A stretch of DNA of 64,000 bases from an uncultured Methylomirabilota bacterium (GCA_963718295.1 CAVQYV010000005.1:25933-89932), one strand, 5' to 3'; positions 10,335 to 20,739 are shown, counted from the stretch's first letter. Numbers and translations: made by a program. The notes: generated from the letters alone by a model not told the origin.

Positions 10335-10976
10335 TTAAGGGGCGCTCCCTTTTTGGAAGTTCATGGTGAATGCGAAACACGTTCCAAAGGTCTCGTGCAG
10401 TCTGAACCCAGCCTCCTCCGCCATCCGACAAACCACACTCCTCCTCTGGTAGTGCGGATCGGGAAAGACCTCGGTGACGGATAGAATCCCTCCATCCTTC
10501 AGTGCTCCGTAAATCTTTTGTAAGGCCTGGCCTGGGTCGAGGATCTCACCCAGCACAGTCACCAGAAAAGCCCGATCGTAAGCGCTCTCCTTCAGTTCGC
10601 TTTGCCCCACATCGGCTACCTTTAACTCGACATTCTTGATTCCGAGGGTGGCAGTGCGCTCTCTCAATCGCTGCACCATTTTCTCCTGAAGGTCGATGGC
10701 CACAACCTTCCCCGCGGGGCCGACGCGGGCGGCGGCTGGCAAGGTCAGTCTCCCCGGACCCGCCCCCACATCGAGCACTTTCATGCCCGGCTCAAGGCGT
10801 GCTCGATCCAACAGGACCTCAGCACCCGCAACTGCTTTCACATATGGATTCTCCAATAGTGGAGCTAACCAGGTGGGGCAGGGCATAGCTCGGCGCTTTG
10901 ATGCGGCGCGCCAGGCCAAGCCACCGATGATGGCCGCCAGCAGCAGAATCAGGAGAAGGACAAAAAGACTGCTCAT
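10335..10976 (-). CDS. Membrane-anchored class I SAM-dependent methyltransferase.
   Basis: N-terminal TM helix. Motifs VLDVGAGPGRLT and LKDGGIL (Methyltransf_11/25-like). Confidence 0.7.
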   Translation of the reverse strand: MSSLFVLLLILLLAAIIGGLAWRAASKRRAMPCPTWLAPLLENPYVKAVAGAEVLLDRARLEPGMKVLDVGAGPGRLTLPAAARVGPAGKVVAIDLQEKMVQRLRERTATLGIKNVELKVADVGQSELKESAYDRAFLVTVLGEILDPGQALQKIYGALKDGGILSVTEVFPDPHYQRRSVVCRMAEEAGFRLHETFGTCFAFTMNFQKGSAP

Positions 10977-11325
10977 TGCCTATCCTTGCTTGATCCTCCG
11001 GATCTTATTTAGCCGAAGGGCCCATGGGGGTCAAGGAAAAATTGAAAAACGCTGCATGGATTGAAGTCCGGAATCAGCGCCCCACACCAATCGCATATAT
11101 ATAGGAGTCGTAAAGGAATTGACAACCAAGATCGGACAGAGTAAAACCAGATCCAGCAACCCGCCAAAGTGGCAAGAAGCTGGCCTTTGACCGGCCCATG
11201 CCCTGCAAGCTCCGCATGTAAGGGCGGAGTCAAAGGGTCATAATACGATATGGAATGAGACTGCCTTTTCGGGAAGCCTCGCCGGTAAGGGCGCAGAGCC
11301 TCACTATGCTAAGGAGGAAGAAACC

Positions 11326-12117
11326 ATGGATTTAGGACTGAAAGAAAAGGTCGCCTTCATCGCCGGGGCGGCTCGGGGACTGGGGGCGGCGACCGCCCTC
11401 CAACTCGCCCGGGAAGGAGCTCGGGTAGCCATCAATGACCGGGATGCCCCCAAGCTGCAGGCCGCTGTTGAGGCCATCTCCAGAGAGACCGGTGCACAGG
11501 TAATCGCCCTTTTAGGGGATGTCTCCGATCCCGAAGCGCCCTCTCATTTGGTAGAAGAGACAGTGCAGAGGTTGGGAGGGCTCGATATCCTGGTAACCAA
11601 CTCCGGCGGACCACCCCCCGGACGCTTCGAAGACTTCGATGATGCGGCGTGGCAAAGCGCGGTCAACCTGCTGCTGATGAGCGCGGTCCGCCTTACTCGG
11701 GCCTCCCTGCCCCACCTCCGCCAATCCAAGGCCCCGGCGGTCTTGACCATTACGTCCTTCTCCATCAAACAGCCCATTCCCAATCTCGTCCTGTCGAACT
11801 CCATCCGTGCGGCCGTAGCCGGCCTGACCAAGACCCTCGCTCTCGAATTGGGAAACGAAGGGATCCGCTTCAATAGCATTCTGCCCGCCTGGACGGAAAC
11901 CGAACGGGTAGTGGAATTGATGGCCGATCAGGCGCGGCGAGTCGGCACCACGGTGGAGGAAGAAACCCGCAAGATGTCCGCCAGCAGCCCCTTGGGCCGG
12001 ATGGCTCGCCCCGAGGAATTCGCAAAGGTGGCGACCTTCCTCTGCTCCCCCGCGGCCTCCTATGTGACCGGAGTGATGCTTACCGTGGACGGAGGGATGT
12101 ACAAGGGGACGTTCTGA
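11326..12117 (+). CDS. SDR-family oxidoreductase (3-oxoacyl-ACP-reductase-like).
   Basis: Motifs GAARGLG, NSG and a YxxxK-like catalytic region. GGAGG RBS. Confidence 0.85.
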   Translation: MDLGLKEKVAFIAGAARGLGAATALQLAREGARVAINDRDAPKLQAAVEAISRETGAQVIALLGDVSDPEAPSHLVEETVQRLGGLDILVTNSGGPPPGRFEDFDDAAWQSAVNLLLMSAVRLTRASLPHLRQSKAPAVLTITSFSIKQPIPNLVLSNSIRAAVAGLTKTLALELGNEGIRFNSILPAWTETERVVELMADQARRVGTTVEEETRKMSASSPLGRMARPEEFAKVATFLCSPAASYVTGVMLTVDGGMYKGTF

Positions 12118-12188
12118 TCTGATCCGCGAGGGAATACCAGGGGGGAGATAGCCAAAGAGGCCAGGGGGCCAAGGTGCCACTTCTGACC

Positions 12189-14135
12189 TTACGTGCCTTC
12201 GCCCTTCAGGCAGAGGATCCCCAGGGGGGGCAAGGTTAGGGATAGCGAGTAGGGCCTCCCATGGGAGGGCGTCGGACCTGCCTCTGCCCCCGGGGAGTTC
12301 CCCAGCCCGCTGCCTCCATATCTCTCCCCATCGCTGTTTAGGACTTCTCTCCAGAAGCCTCCTACCGGAACCCCCAACCTGTAGCCGAATCGGGGCACAG
12401 GAGTAAGGTTGCACACACAGAGGATGATCTCCCGGGTGGATTTCCCCCTGCGAATGAAGGCGAAGACGCTGCTCTCCCAATCCCGAAAGTCGATCCACTC
12501 AAACCCTCTTTGCTCGAAATCCAGCTCGTAAAGGGCCGGCTCTCCCCGATAGAAGCGGTTCAAATCCGCAACCCATCTTTGAATGCCTTGATGGGGTTCA
12601 AACTGGAGGACATGCCATTCCAAGCTCTCCTCATGAGCCCACTCCTTGATCTGTCCGAATTCTCCCCCCATAAACAGGAGCTTCTTGCCCGGATGGGTGT
12701 ACATATAGCCGAAGAGGAGTCTCAGGTTGGCAAACCTCTGCCATTCATCACCGGGCATCTTTCCGATCAGGGAACCCTTCCCGTGGACCACCTCGTCATG
12801 GGAGAGGGCCAGGAGAAAGTTCTCCGAGAAGGCATACCAGATGCTGAAGGTCAGCTGATTGTGGTGATACTTGCGAAAGAGGGGGTCCTGGGAGAAATAG
12901 GCCAGGGTGTCGTGCATCCAGCCCATGTTCCACTTCATGCCAAAGCCCAAGCCCCCCAGGTAGATGGGCTTGGTCACCATGGGCCAGGCGGTGGACTCTT
13001 CCGCGATGGCCTGGACATCGGGGAAGGCTCCATAGACGACCTCATTCAGGCGCTTGATGAAGTGGATCGCCTCGATGTTCTCCCTCCCTCCGTACTGGTT
13101 GGGGATCCACTCCCCCTGCTTTCGCGAGTAGTCCAGATAGAGCATGGAGGCGACCGCATCGATCCGAAGGCCATCGGCATGGTACGCGTCGAGCCAAAAT
13201 AGGGCATTGCTGATCAGAAAGGCCCGGACTTCGTTTCGGCCATAATTGAAGATGTAGCTGTTCCAGTCCGGGTGGATCCCCTTTCGGACATCGGCATGCT
13301 CGAAGAGATGGGTGCCATCAAAATAGACCGGCCCGTGCTCATCGGCGGGAAAGTGGGAGGGGACCCAGTCCAAGATCACCCCAATGCCGTTTTGATGGAG
13401 CACATCGATGAGATACATGAAGTCTTCGGGCGTCCCATAACGGCTGGTGGGGGCAAAGTATCCTACGGTCTGGTATCCCCAGGAGCCGTAGAAGGGGTGC
13501 TCCATCACGGGCAGCAGCTCCACATGGGTGAAACCGTTCTCCCTCACATAGTCCGCAAGGGGCTGGGCCATCTCCCGGTAGGTGAGGGGCCGTTTGCCCT
13601 CTTCCGGCACCCTCCGCCAGGATCCCAGGTGAACCTCATAGATGGCAAAGGGCGCCCCCAAGGCGTTGGCGCGATGGCGGTCCTTCATCCAATCCCCGTC
13701 TTTCCACTCGTAGGCAAGATCCCATACCACGGAGGCCGTCTTGGGGGGAGTCTCCCAATGGAGGGCAAAGGGGTCTCCCTTGTCCACCCGGTAGCGACGG
13801 TATCGGGAGACGATATGATATTTGTAGGTGGCCCCTTGGCGCAGGCCGGGGATGAAGCCCTCCCAAATGCCGGATCCGTCCCATCTCGCCCCCAGGGAAT
13901 GGCTGCGGGGGTTCCACCCGTTGAAATCGCCTATGACCGATACCGACTTGGCATTGGGGGCCCACACGGCAAAGTAGGTGCCCTCCCTGCCACCCACGGA
14001 GATCACATGGGCGCCCAATTTGTCATAGAGGCGGAAGTGATTCCCCTCCTTGAAGAGGTAGATATCCTGATCGGTGAGTAGGCTTCCCTCATGGGTTACC
14101 TTGCCAATCTCAGCCATCTTGTTTTCTTTCATCGT
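12189..14135 (-). CDS. glgB: 1,4-alpha-glucan branching enzyme GlgB.
   Basis: Full-length GlgB similarity (GDFNGWN, GH13 catalytic region). The start is set at the ATG with AGGAAG 6 nt upstream ([10 protein letters not shown]). Confidence 0.9.
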   Translation of the reverse strand, partial: TMKENKMAEIGKVTHEGSLLTDQDIYLFKEGNHFRLYDKLGAHVISVGGREGTYFAVWAPNAKSVSVIGDFNGWNPRSHSLGARWDGSGIWEGFIPGLRQGATYKYHIVSRYRRYRVDKGDPFALHWETPPKTASVVWDLAYEWKDGDWMKDRHRANALGAPFAIYEVHLGSWRRVPEEGKRPLTYREMAQPLADYVRENGFTHVELLPVMEHPFYGSWGYQTVGYFAPTSRYGTPEDFMYLIDVLHQNGIGVILDWVPSHFPADEHGPVYFDGTHLFEHADVRKGIHPDWNSYIFNYGRNEVRAFLISNALFWLDAYHADGLRIDAVASMLYLDYSRKQGEWIPNQYGGRENIEAIHFIKRLNEVVYGAFPDVQAIAEESTAWPMVTKPIYLGGLGFGMKWNMGWMHDTLAYFSQDPLFRKYHHNQLTFSIWYAFSENFLLALSHDEVVHGKGSLIGKMPGDEWQRFANLRLLFGYMYTHPGKKLLFMGGEFGQIKEWAHEESLEWHVLQFEPHQGIQRWVADLNRFYRGEPALYELDFEQRGFEWIDFRDWESSVFAFIRRGKSTREIILCVCNLTPVPRFGYRLGVPVGGFWREVLNSDGERYGGSGLGNSPGAEAGPTPSHGRPYSLSLTLPPLGILCLKGEGT

Positions 14136-14215
14136 TTGCTTCCTTTGTATGATTTTGCGGGGGATGAGGAAGGACTGATTCAATTCATTTGCGTGCTTCG
14201 GCTTCCCCCAATTCG

Positions 14216-15661
14216 TCATCGAACCACGACCTGGATATAACCCGTATTGGCTGTCCGGTGGTCGAGCACCAGCAAGGTCGCCCGTTCATGGGTTCGCATG
14301 GAGCGGACCAGACCGACAAAGCCCGACCAGCTTTCGATGGCCTGACCATCGATCTCCAGGAGGATATCCCCCACCTCCATTCCAGCTTCCCCCAGGGGAC
14401 CTCTGGGATCCACTTCAGCAATTACCACTCCCTGCTCGGGATTCAGGCCATACCTCTCGCCCTCTCTCGCTCCTACCGGGCGTGCACTGATCCCCAGCCG
14501 ATCCTTGACCGACGAGGCCAAGGCCTTGGACGCCTCTTGCGGAGTCCCGATATGGATCGTGAGTTCCTGCTTTTGGCCCTTCCGCACGACGGTCAGCTTC
14601 ACTTCTTCGCCAGCCGGACTGGTAGCCACTTCGTTCTGGAGCTGGCTGGCGTCCGAGATCAGCCTTCCCTGATAGGCAACCACCACATCGCCCCTTTTGA
14701 GCCCTCCCTTATCCGCCGGCCCTCCCTTGGCCACATCAGTGACCAAAGCCCCCTGGGTCGACTCCAAGCCGAAGGACTTGGCTAACTCGGGAGTGAGGTT
14801 CTGAACGCTCACCCCGAAATAGCCTCTTTCCACCTTTCCATGGGCGATCAGGGTCTTGGCGATGTGCAGGGCCATATTGCTGGGGATGGCAAATCCGATG
14901 CCCTCAAACCCGCCCGATTCGGAAGCGATCGCCGCGTTCACGCCGATCACCTCGCCTTCCAGATTTAGCAATGGACCGCCGCTGTTGCCCGGATTGATGG
15001 CGGCATCGGTCTGGAGATAGTCCTGGTAGGTGGAAGGATCCATGATCCCCCGTCTATGTTTGGCGCTGATGATCCCCTGGGTGACCGTCTGGTCCAGGCC
15101 GCGGGGATGGCCAATGGTCACCACCCACTCCCCCACCTCCACCTTGTCAGAATCGCCAAAGGTGACATAGGGGAGTGGCTCTGGGGCGGAGATCTGGATC
15201 ACTGCCAGATCCGTCTTGGCATCGGTCCCCACCAATTTGGCCCGATATTGTTTGCCGTTGTCCAGCAGTACCTGGATCTCAGTAGCCCCCCCTACGACAT
15301 GGTTATTGGTGAGGATGTGGCCCTGGGAGTCGATGACCATTCCTGTTCCCAGTCCCTTCAATTCCCGCTTGAATTTCTTCGGCGCTCGGGGAATGTCGAA
15401 GAAGAACCGGAAGAATGGGTCATTCTCGAAGGGCGTGGAGGGGACCACCACCTCTTGGCGGGCAGTCACTTCGATATGAGCCACCGCGGGGATATTCTTC
15501 TTCGCAATCTCCACGATGGCGGTCCTCAAGTCTGCCGCCCCCTTTCCCTTTTCCGCCGCCAGGGTAAAAGCCGACGGAAGCAGGAGCAGGCTCATCAACA
15601 AGACCAGGCCTACAAAGCCGGCAGAAAGGAAATCACTGCGGCGAGAAGATCGTCTCGACAT
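14216..15661 (-). CDS. htrA: Periplasmic serine endoprotease DegP/HtrA (Do family) with two PDZ domains.
   Basis: TNNHVV...DLAV...GNSGGPL catalytic triad context, followed by two PDZ regions. The start has a GAGGAGGAAG RBS. The signal/TM region is [26 protein letters not shown]. Confidence 0.9.
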   Translation of the reverse strand: MSRRSSRRSDFLSAGFVGLVLLMSLLLLPSAFTLAAEKGKGAADLRTAIVEIAKKNIPAVAHIEVTARQEVVVPSTPFENDPFFRFFFDIPRAPKKFKRELKGLGTGMVIDSQGHILTNNHVVGGATEIQVLLDNGKQYRAKLVGTDAKTDLAVIQISAPEPLPYVTFGDSDKVEVGEWVVTIGHPRGLDQTVTQGIISAKHRRGIMDPSTYQDYLQTDAAINPGNSGGPLLNLEGEVIGVNAAIASESGGFEGIGFAIPSNMALHIAKTLIAHGKVERGYFGVSVQNLTPELAKSFGLESTQGALVTDVAKGGPADKGGLKRGDVVVAYQGRLISDASQLQNEVATSPAGEEVKLTVVRKGQKQELTIHIGTPQEASKALASSVKDRLGISARPVGAREGERYGLNPEQGVVIAEVDPRGPLGEAGMEVGDILLEIDGQAIESWSGFVGLVRSMRTHERATLLVLDHRTANTGYIQVVVR

Positions 15662-15792
15662 GGCACTTCCTCCTCTTTGCCGAATCGCGGGCTTTCGCAA
15701 TCCAAGAAGATGAATGCAAATTCGGCCCGGATAGTATTATTGGCCGAGAAAGTTGTCAATCTCTATGAAGTAAAGACCGACCAACTTCTTTC

Positions 15793-15823
15793 TTGACAGC
15801 CTTACATGCTCATGGGTATAAAT
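15793..15823 (+). promoter_or_regulatory. Sigma70-type promoter: TTGACA, 18-nt spacer, TATAAAT.
   Basis: Consensus -35 hexamer and near-consensus -10 hexamer read from the sequence. It lies ~20 nt upstream of conserved RNA element copy 1. Confidence 0.5.
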
Positions 15824-15844
15824 GGGTACACAAAAAAGACCCTG

Positions 15845-15998
15845 AACTCCGACCCGGCAACTCCTACAGCACTTGGTGCCATGGAGGCTGGGCGGTAGGG
15901 CTCATCTGGAAACGGGTGCGCCTCCCGTGCTTGGAAAGGAGTTCGAGTAGCAGCCGTGATCGGCCGGCGTGAGACTCATCTCCGTCGGCCTTCTTTTT
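15845..15998 (+). ncRNA. Candidate structured RNA, copy 1 (riboswitch-like leader or sRNA). A ~100-nt conserved domain is followed by an intrinsic terminator (8-bp G/C stem plus TTCTTTTT).
   Basis: ~90% identical to 17836-17940. The predicted helices (aactcct/aggagtt, agcac/gtgct, ggaggc/gcctcc) are preserved in copy 2 with G-U compensating changes. The terminator stem ggccggcg...cgtcggcc also co-varies between the copies. Confidence 0.45.
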
Positions 15999-16211
15999 CG
16001 TGATCCGGATGAGATCCGCAGGATTAAGCTGCGAAGCGACTCACTTCCCCACTCCCTCTCCTTTCCTCCCGGCGCGACCCCTTGTCTTCCTCCCAGAGAG
16101 CCCTCAGGCCTTTTCTCCCAACCAGCCTTAGTTGACAGAAAGGAGGGATGAAAGGAGATCACTGCATCCTCCTCCCGAAGAGGAAAACGTCATACTCACA
16201 GGAGAGGAATC

Positions 16212-17609
16212 ATGAAAAGAGCCAGATTGCTATCGATGATCGGTTTTGCGTTACTTGCGATGGGAATTGCGGCTGCCATTGCCTGGTCAGCCTACAGTTC
16301 CCATCAGAATGATGAGGATATTGCCAAGTTTCTGCAAGTTTATCCCTTTGCTCGCTCCACCAAGCTGGATGATTGCTCCCTTTGCCACCCGGGCGGAACC
16401 CTGAGTGGTAAGAGTTACGGAAGTTGCGATTATTGCCACGTCGCCTATGGGCTCAAGCCTCCTCATGGGCCAGTTCCTTTGAATCCCTATGGATTGGCTT
16501 ACAAGGATGCAGGGCGAAGCGTAGAGGCCATCCGCAGCATCGAGAGCGCCGACTCAGACGGAGATACCTTCGGCAACCTCGCTGAAATACAGGCCCTCGC
16601 TTTTCCGGGGGATCCCCGAGATTATCCGGGATTGGTTGCTGCCACTGCCGTATCTTTGAATCCAAAGCAGATCGAGCAACTCCCTCGTCACCAACAGTTT
16701 CTTTTCTTGAATGCCTCCAAATCCCAGGATTTCTATGCACAATATGGGGGGGTCAAGGTTGAAGACATCTTGAACAAGGTGCGTATTGCCCGGGGGGCAA
16801 CCCAGATTACCGTCTTTGCCCCGGATGGCTTTTCCAAAACCTTCCCCATCGACGCACCCGATCCCCAAATCCCTCCCAATATCAGCTACGACGTCTCGGG
16901 CCCTTATCCCAAGGGGGCCTACTACGGGGAATTGAATTTCGTGGATTATCCTTTGTCGCCGGTCTATCCGACGGGAAAGAAGATCCCCGATGAGCTCCGT
17001 TTGATCCTCGCTTATCAGAGGGATGGCAAGCCATTGAGCGTAGGCAAGCTGGTGCCAGATTCGAGGAATCCGGCAAGATTGGTGCTGGAGGGAGAGGGGC
17101 CTTACCGTCTGGTAAATCCCCAGAAGATAGCCGGAAGTCCTGATCGTCCGTCTACCTCTACTCCCGTCGGCGACGGCTGGGACTACGATCCCAACAAGGA
17201 CCACAACGCAGGCTCTTCGGTTCGCAGCGTGACGGCAATCCGGGTGGAGCCTCTTCCGAAAGGGACCACTGATTTCAGCTGGACGGAGGGGGGATGGAAC
17301 CTCGTAGATCAAGGCAGAGTGGTGATTTATGGGGCCATCGACCCCGTCAAGTATCCCATCAGGGGATCGATTTTGGACCCCAAAGGAAATCCGGTGGCTG
17401 GTGTCCAGATCTCCTTTGCTTTGGCCTCCATGAGCCAGGTGGGGATGGCTACCTCAGGGGCTGATGGGAAGTTCTGGAAAGATCTGCCCCAAGGGCAATA
17501 TGTCGTCGCTCCCATCAAAGTTGGATACATCTTCAAGCCTGACGCGGTACGAATCGACCTCTCCCATGGGGCAGACAGAATAGACTTCAAGGCCTATCCT
17601 GTCCCGTAA
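16212..17609 (+). CDS. Secreted diheme c-type cytochrome domain protein with a C-terminal carboxypeptidase-regulatory-like (transthyretin-fold) domain.
   Basis: Signal peptide. Two CxxCH motifs (CSLCH, CDYCH). C-terminal GADGKFWKDLPQGQYVV, typical of CarbopepD_reg. The middle region is weakly reminiscent of a sulfite-oxidase-family Moco domain (uncertain). Confidence 0.65.
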   Translation: MKRARLLSMIGFALLAMGIAAAIAWSAYSSHQNDEDIAKFLQVYPFARSTKLDDCSLCHPGGTLSGKSYGSCDYCHVAYGLKPPHGPVPLNPYGLAYKDAGRSVEAIRSIESADSDGDTFGNLAEIQALAFPGDPRDYPGLVAATAVSLNPKQIEQLPRHQQFLFLNASKSQDFYAQYGGVKVEDILNKVRIARGATQITVFAPDGFSKTFPIDAPDPQIPPNISYDVSGPYPKGAYYGELNFVDYPLSPVYPTGKKIPDELRLILAYQRDGKPLSVGKLVPDSRNPARLVLEGEGPYRLVNPQKIAGSPDRPSTSTPVGDGWDYDPNKDHNAGSSVRSVTAIRVEPLPKGTTDFSWTEGGWNLVDQGRVVIYGAIDPVKYPIRGSILDPKGNPVAGVQISFALASMSQVGMATSGADGKFWKDLPQGQYVVAPIKVGYIFKPDAVRIDLSHGADRIDFKAYPVP

Positions 17610-17647
17610 GCGTCTCAGGGCGTTGCTTGGGACCTGTATGGGATTCT

Positions 17648-17691
17648 GTCAATCCCGTCAGCTTCAGACCTGCTGACGGGATTGACTTTTT
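17648..17691 (+). terminator. Rho-independent terminator: 15-bp perfect stem (gtcaatcccgtcagc / gctgacgggattgac) followed by TTTTT.
   Basis: Read directly from the sequence. It lies 40 nt after the stop of the cytochrome gene. Confidence 0.75.
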
Positions 17692-17791
17692 CAGGGCGAG
17701 TGGAAGGTTTCATTTTCTTTTCTCTGAATTCCCCTGCTGTAAGCCCGTGATATCGGGTTCGAAAAAATGCCGGAGGCTATGGATTTATGGC

Positions 17792-17821
17792 TTGACAGTC
17801 CAGCAGGGGCGGAAGTATAAG
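17792..17821 (+). promoter_or_regulatory. Sigma70-type promoter: TTGACA, 18-nt spacer, TATAAG.
   Basis: Same architecture and position relative to the conserved RNA element as the promoter at 15793. Confidence 0.5.
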
Positions 17822-17835
17822 TGGACAAATATCGA

Positions 17836-17988
17836 AACTCCGACCCGGCAATTCCTAAAGCACCCGGTGCCATGGATGCCGGGCGGTAGGGCTCATCTGG
17901 AAACGGATGCGCCTCCCGTGCTTGGAAAGGAGTTCGAGTGGCAGCTCAGATTGGCCGACGTGGGGCTCAACTCCGTTGGCCTTTTTTG
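17836..17988 (+). ncRNA. Candidate structured RNA, copy 2 (paralog of 15845-15998), with its own intrinsic terminator (ggccgacg...cgttggcc plus TTTTTT).
   Basis: See copy 1. It is followed by ~240 nt of divergent leader and then the porin gene. Confidence 0.45.
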
Positions 17989-18226
17989 CTGTTACTCAGG
18001 TGCGGCCCGCAGCTGACACCCCCAGAGAATCCCTTCCCCTCTCCTTCCCAGCCCGGCCCTTTATCCTCCCGGCAAGAGAGCTACCCAGCTCTCTTCCGCC
18101 CATCCAGGCCTACGGCCTTAATTAACAAGAAAGGAGGGATGCCAAAGAGGAAAGAAAAACGGGCAGGGAATATCGTTTCAGAACCTTGACCTTTTGCCCC
18201 TAACAAGTGAGAGAAAGGAGTCTCTT

Positions 18227-19783
18227 ATGAAAGGCATCCGAGGCACCCTCATCGCAATCATTGCCTTGGCCCTTCTCTTCTTCCTCCCCGGCTCGGGATT
18301 CGCGGCGGAAAAGTCTCTGGCCGACATCCTCAAGGAAAAGGGGATCCTCACCGAGGAAGAATACCAACAAGTCAAGGAGTTGGAGGAATCCCAGAAGGCG
18401 GGAGAGGCCAAAAAGGCAGAAGAGGCGACCAAGCAGGCAGAGGAAGCAACCAAGCAGGCAGAAGAGGCGACCAAGCAGGCCGAAGAGGCAACCAAGAAGG
18501 CAGAAGAGCTGGCCAAGAAGGCGGCGGCCGAGAAACCCGCCCCCGTGGTTGCCGGCTACAAGAAAGGGTTCTTCATTCAGACCCCGGATGAGAAGTACAA
18601 GCTGGTCTTCAACGGATACGTCCGGGGCATGCTTGAGCTTTACGAGAACAACACCTCCCAGGACAACCAATTCGATATCAACCGGGCCCGCCTGAACCTC
18701 AAAGGATATTATGGGAAGTACTGGATGGGGGAGGTATCGGCAGAGCTCACCACCGCCAGCGATAGCAGATTCCTCAAGTACGCCTATATCAATAACAGCT
18801 ATCTCCCCTACTTGCAGGCTCGGGTCGGACAGTTCAAGGCCCCCTTCAGCCGGGAATATCTGATCACCCTGGCCGATGTGGAGACCATCATGCGGGCCAT
18901 GATCACCGATGCCGGCGGAACCTTACCCAAGTATGACATCGGTGCCATGCTGTGGAGCCCTAACGTCTTCAACGGGCTGCTCTGGTATGGAGCGGGAATC
19001 TTCAATGGCAACGGGGCCAATAATTTCGATTCCAACGATGACATGGATTTCATTGGCCGCCTGGTCGTGGCCCCCTTTGCCCCCACCCAGATCTCCGCTT
19101 TGAAGGGCCTGGAATTCGGGGGTTCCGTGCAAACTGGAAGGCAGACCCCTAACCAGAGCTATTCGCCCAGGCTCCCCACCAATTGGTCCCTATTCGGGAA
19201 CAACAAAACCAGCTTCAGTTACCGCGGACAGCGGGACCGCTACGCCCTGGAGGCATCCTACAAGTGGGGTCCCCTCACCCTGCGGGGGGAATGGATCTAC
19301 CAGCGCCTGGAGCGGGAGAATCAGGTCAGGGTCGATCCGACTACCAATGCCATCAGCTCCTCGGGAGAGCTGATGGATGCCCCGGATCTGATCTCCTGGG
19401 GCTGGTACGTCCTGGGCAGCTATTTTGTCTGGGGGAATCAGGATAAAGGCATCCAACTGGTAGCCCGCTACGAGCAGTTCGATGTGGATGATGATCCAGC
19501 CGCCGAGAAGTACCGTAAGGCCAATCCCATGGCGGAGAACTCGGTCACCAACCCCTGGGGCAATGACCTCAACATCAGGGGAAATACGGCGGATGTCCTG
19601 ACTCTGGGCATCAACTATTTCCCCTATCCCAATGTCCGATTGGCCTTCAACTGGTTCTATCAGACCCTCGACAACACGTACACCACCGATAAGATCAAGC
19701 ACAACAACGATGGAGGTGAGTTCTTCACCGGTGGAGGGGGAGCCATGAATTCCTTCTGGCTCATGGCCCAGGTGAAGTGGTAA
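18227..19783 (+). CDS. Phosphate/anion-selective porin of the OprO/OprP family, with an N-terminal coiled-coil heptad-repeat region.
   Basis: GGAG RBS. Signal peptide MKGIRGTLIAIIALALLFFLPGSGFA. Four copies of (AEEATKQ). A long beta-barrel region with a C-terminal aromatic residue (…AQVKW). Confidence 0.7.
   Translation: MKGIRGTLIAIIALALLFFLPGSGFAAEKSLADILKEKGILTEEEYQQVKELEESQKAGEAKKAEEATKQAEEATKQAEEATKQAEEATKKAEELAKKAAAEKPAPVVAGYKKGFFIQTPDEKYKLVFNGYVRGMLELYENNTSQDNQFDINRARLNLKGYYGKYWMGEVSAELTTASDSRFLKYAYINNSYLPYLQARVGQFKAPFSREYLITLADVETIMRAMITDAGGTLPKYDIGAMLWSPNVFNGLLWYGAGIFNGNGANNFDSNDDMDFIGRLVVAPFAPTQISALKGLEFGGSVQTGRQTPNQSYSPRLPTNWSLFGNNKTSFSYRGQRDRYALEASYKWGPLTLRGEWIYQRLERENQVRVDPTTNAISSSGELMDAPDLISWGWYVLGSYFVWGNQDKGIQLVARYEQFDVDDDPAAEKYRKANPMAENSVTNPWGNDLNIRGNTADVLTLGINYFPYPNVRLAFNWFYQTLDNTYTTDKIKHNNDGGEFFTGGGGAMNSFWLMAQVKW
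18416..18520 (+). repeat. Tandem 21-nt repeat (about 5 units, gcagaagaggcgaccaagcag) encoding EEATKQA heptads inside the porin gene.
   Basis: Read from the sequence. Confidence 0.75.
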
Positions 19784-19845
19784 GGGGAAGGATTGCCACG
19801 AATTGAGGCTGCACAGTCCCATCTGAATTCATGGAGAGAGAGGGT

Positions 19846-20720
19846 ATGCTTCGAGACACCGGGAATATCTTGAAAGTGGGGTATCTGCTGTTGCCCATAT
19901 GCTTCTGGCTGGTCCTGCCTGCCTTGGTGCAGGCCCAGGGCCAATATGACGGGGCCTACGGGAGTGGCGCGAATCCTTTCATCCTGGCCACCGGCAGCCC
20001 GGGGGAATTGGGACTGCTGAAGGCGCTGGGAGAGGCCTACGCCACGAAGGAGAATGCTACGCTCCTCTGGAAGAAGGCGGGCTCGGGGGAAGCCCTGAAA
20101 CTGCTGAAAGAAAAAAGGTGGACGCCATCATGGTCCACGATCCTGATGGGGAGAAGAAGGCCATTGCGGAGGGATGGGCGGTGGGGCGCACCCTGATCGG
20201 ATCCAACGAGTTCTTCATCGTGGGTCCGGTCGGCGACCCTGCTGGCATCAGCCAGGCCAAGTCTGCCGCACAGGTCTACCAGCGAATTGCAGCAAGTCGT
20301 TCCAAATTCTTCTCCCGAGGGGATCATTCGGGAACCCACAAGAAGGAATTGGCGATCTGGAAGAAGGCGGGGATCGAACCCCAAGGTGAGTGGTACCTAA
20401 TTGCGGGCGGATTTATGAGGGCAACCCTGAAACGAGCCAATGATGAACAAGGATATTTCATGACCGATAGCAGCACCTGGATCATGGAAAAGGGCAATTT
20501 GCCCGGCCTGAAGGTCCTGTTCAGGGGAGACAAGTTCTTGGTGAACACCTATCACGCCCTCTGCCAGCCGCCAAAGGCGACTCCGGGCGCTCCATGGGCT
20601 GCTGAATTCATTGAGTTCGTGGCCTCAGCGGATGGGCAGGAGATCATCCGCACTTACGGGAAGGAGGACTTCAAAGAGGCACTTTACAACGACGCCGTCT
20701 ATGCCAAGCAATACGAATGA
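19846..20720 (+). pseudogene. tupA: Tungstate ABC transporter substrate-binding protein TupA (copy 1). A frameshift sits in an A6 run near 20112-20117.
   Basis: Two ORFs, 19831-20196 and 20118-20720, together align over the full length with the downstream tupA paralog (LLKALGEAY...GSGEALKL / VDAIMVHDPD...). Signal peptide present. Confidence 0.65.
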
Positions 20721-20739
20721 TGAGATGAAGGAGATCAAG

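Noticed and set aside
15845-15950. Possible sigma54 promoter (TGGCAC…TGCT) or a tRNA-like T-loop (ggagttcgagt) inside the conserved RNA block
   Set aside because: The TGGCAC lies on the wrong strand for the downstream genes, and the GG-to-GC spacing is 10 nt rather than 12. No cloverleaf or acceptor stem could be folded around the T-loop-like segment.
962-19822. Other large antisense ORFs (962-2236, 3892-5022, 6682-7641, 11512-12498, 12510-13202, 13272-14081, 16554-17312, 19190-19822, 28289-29500, 31064-31969, 39644-40255)
   Set aside because: Each lies inside a confidently identified gene on the opposite strand and has biased composition (R/G/P/A-rich). They are treated as spurious.
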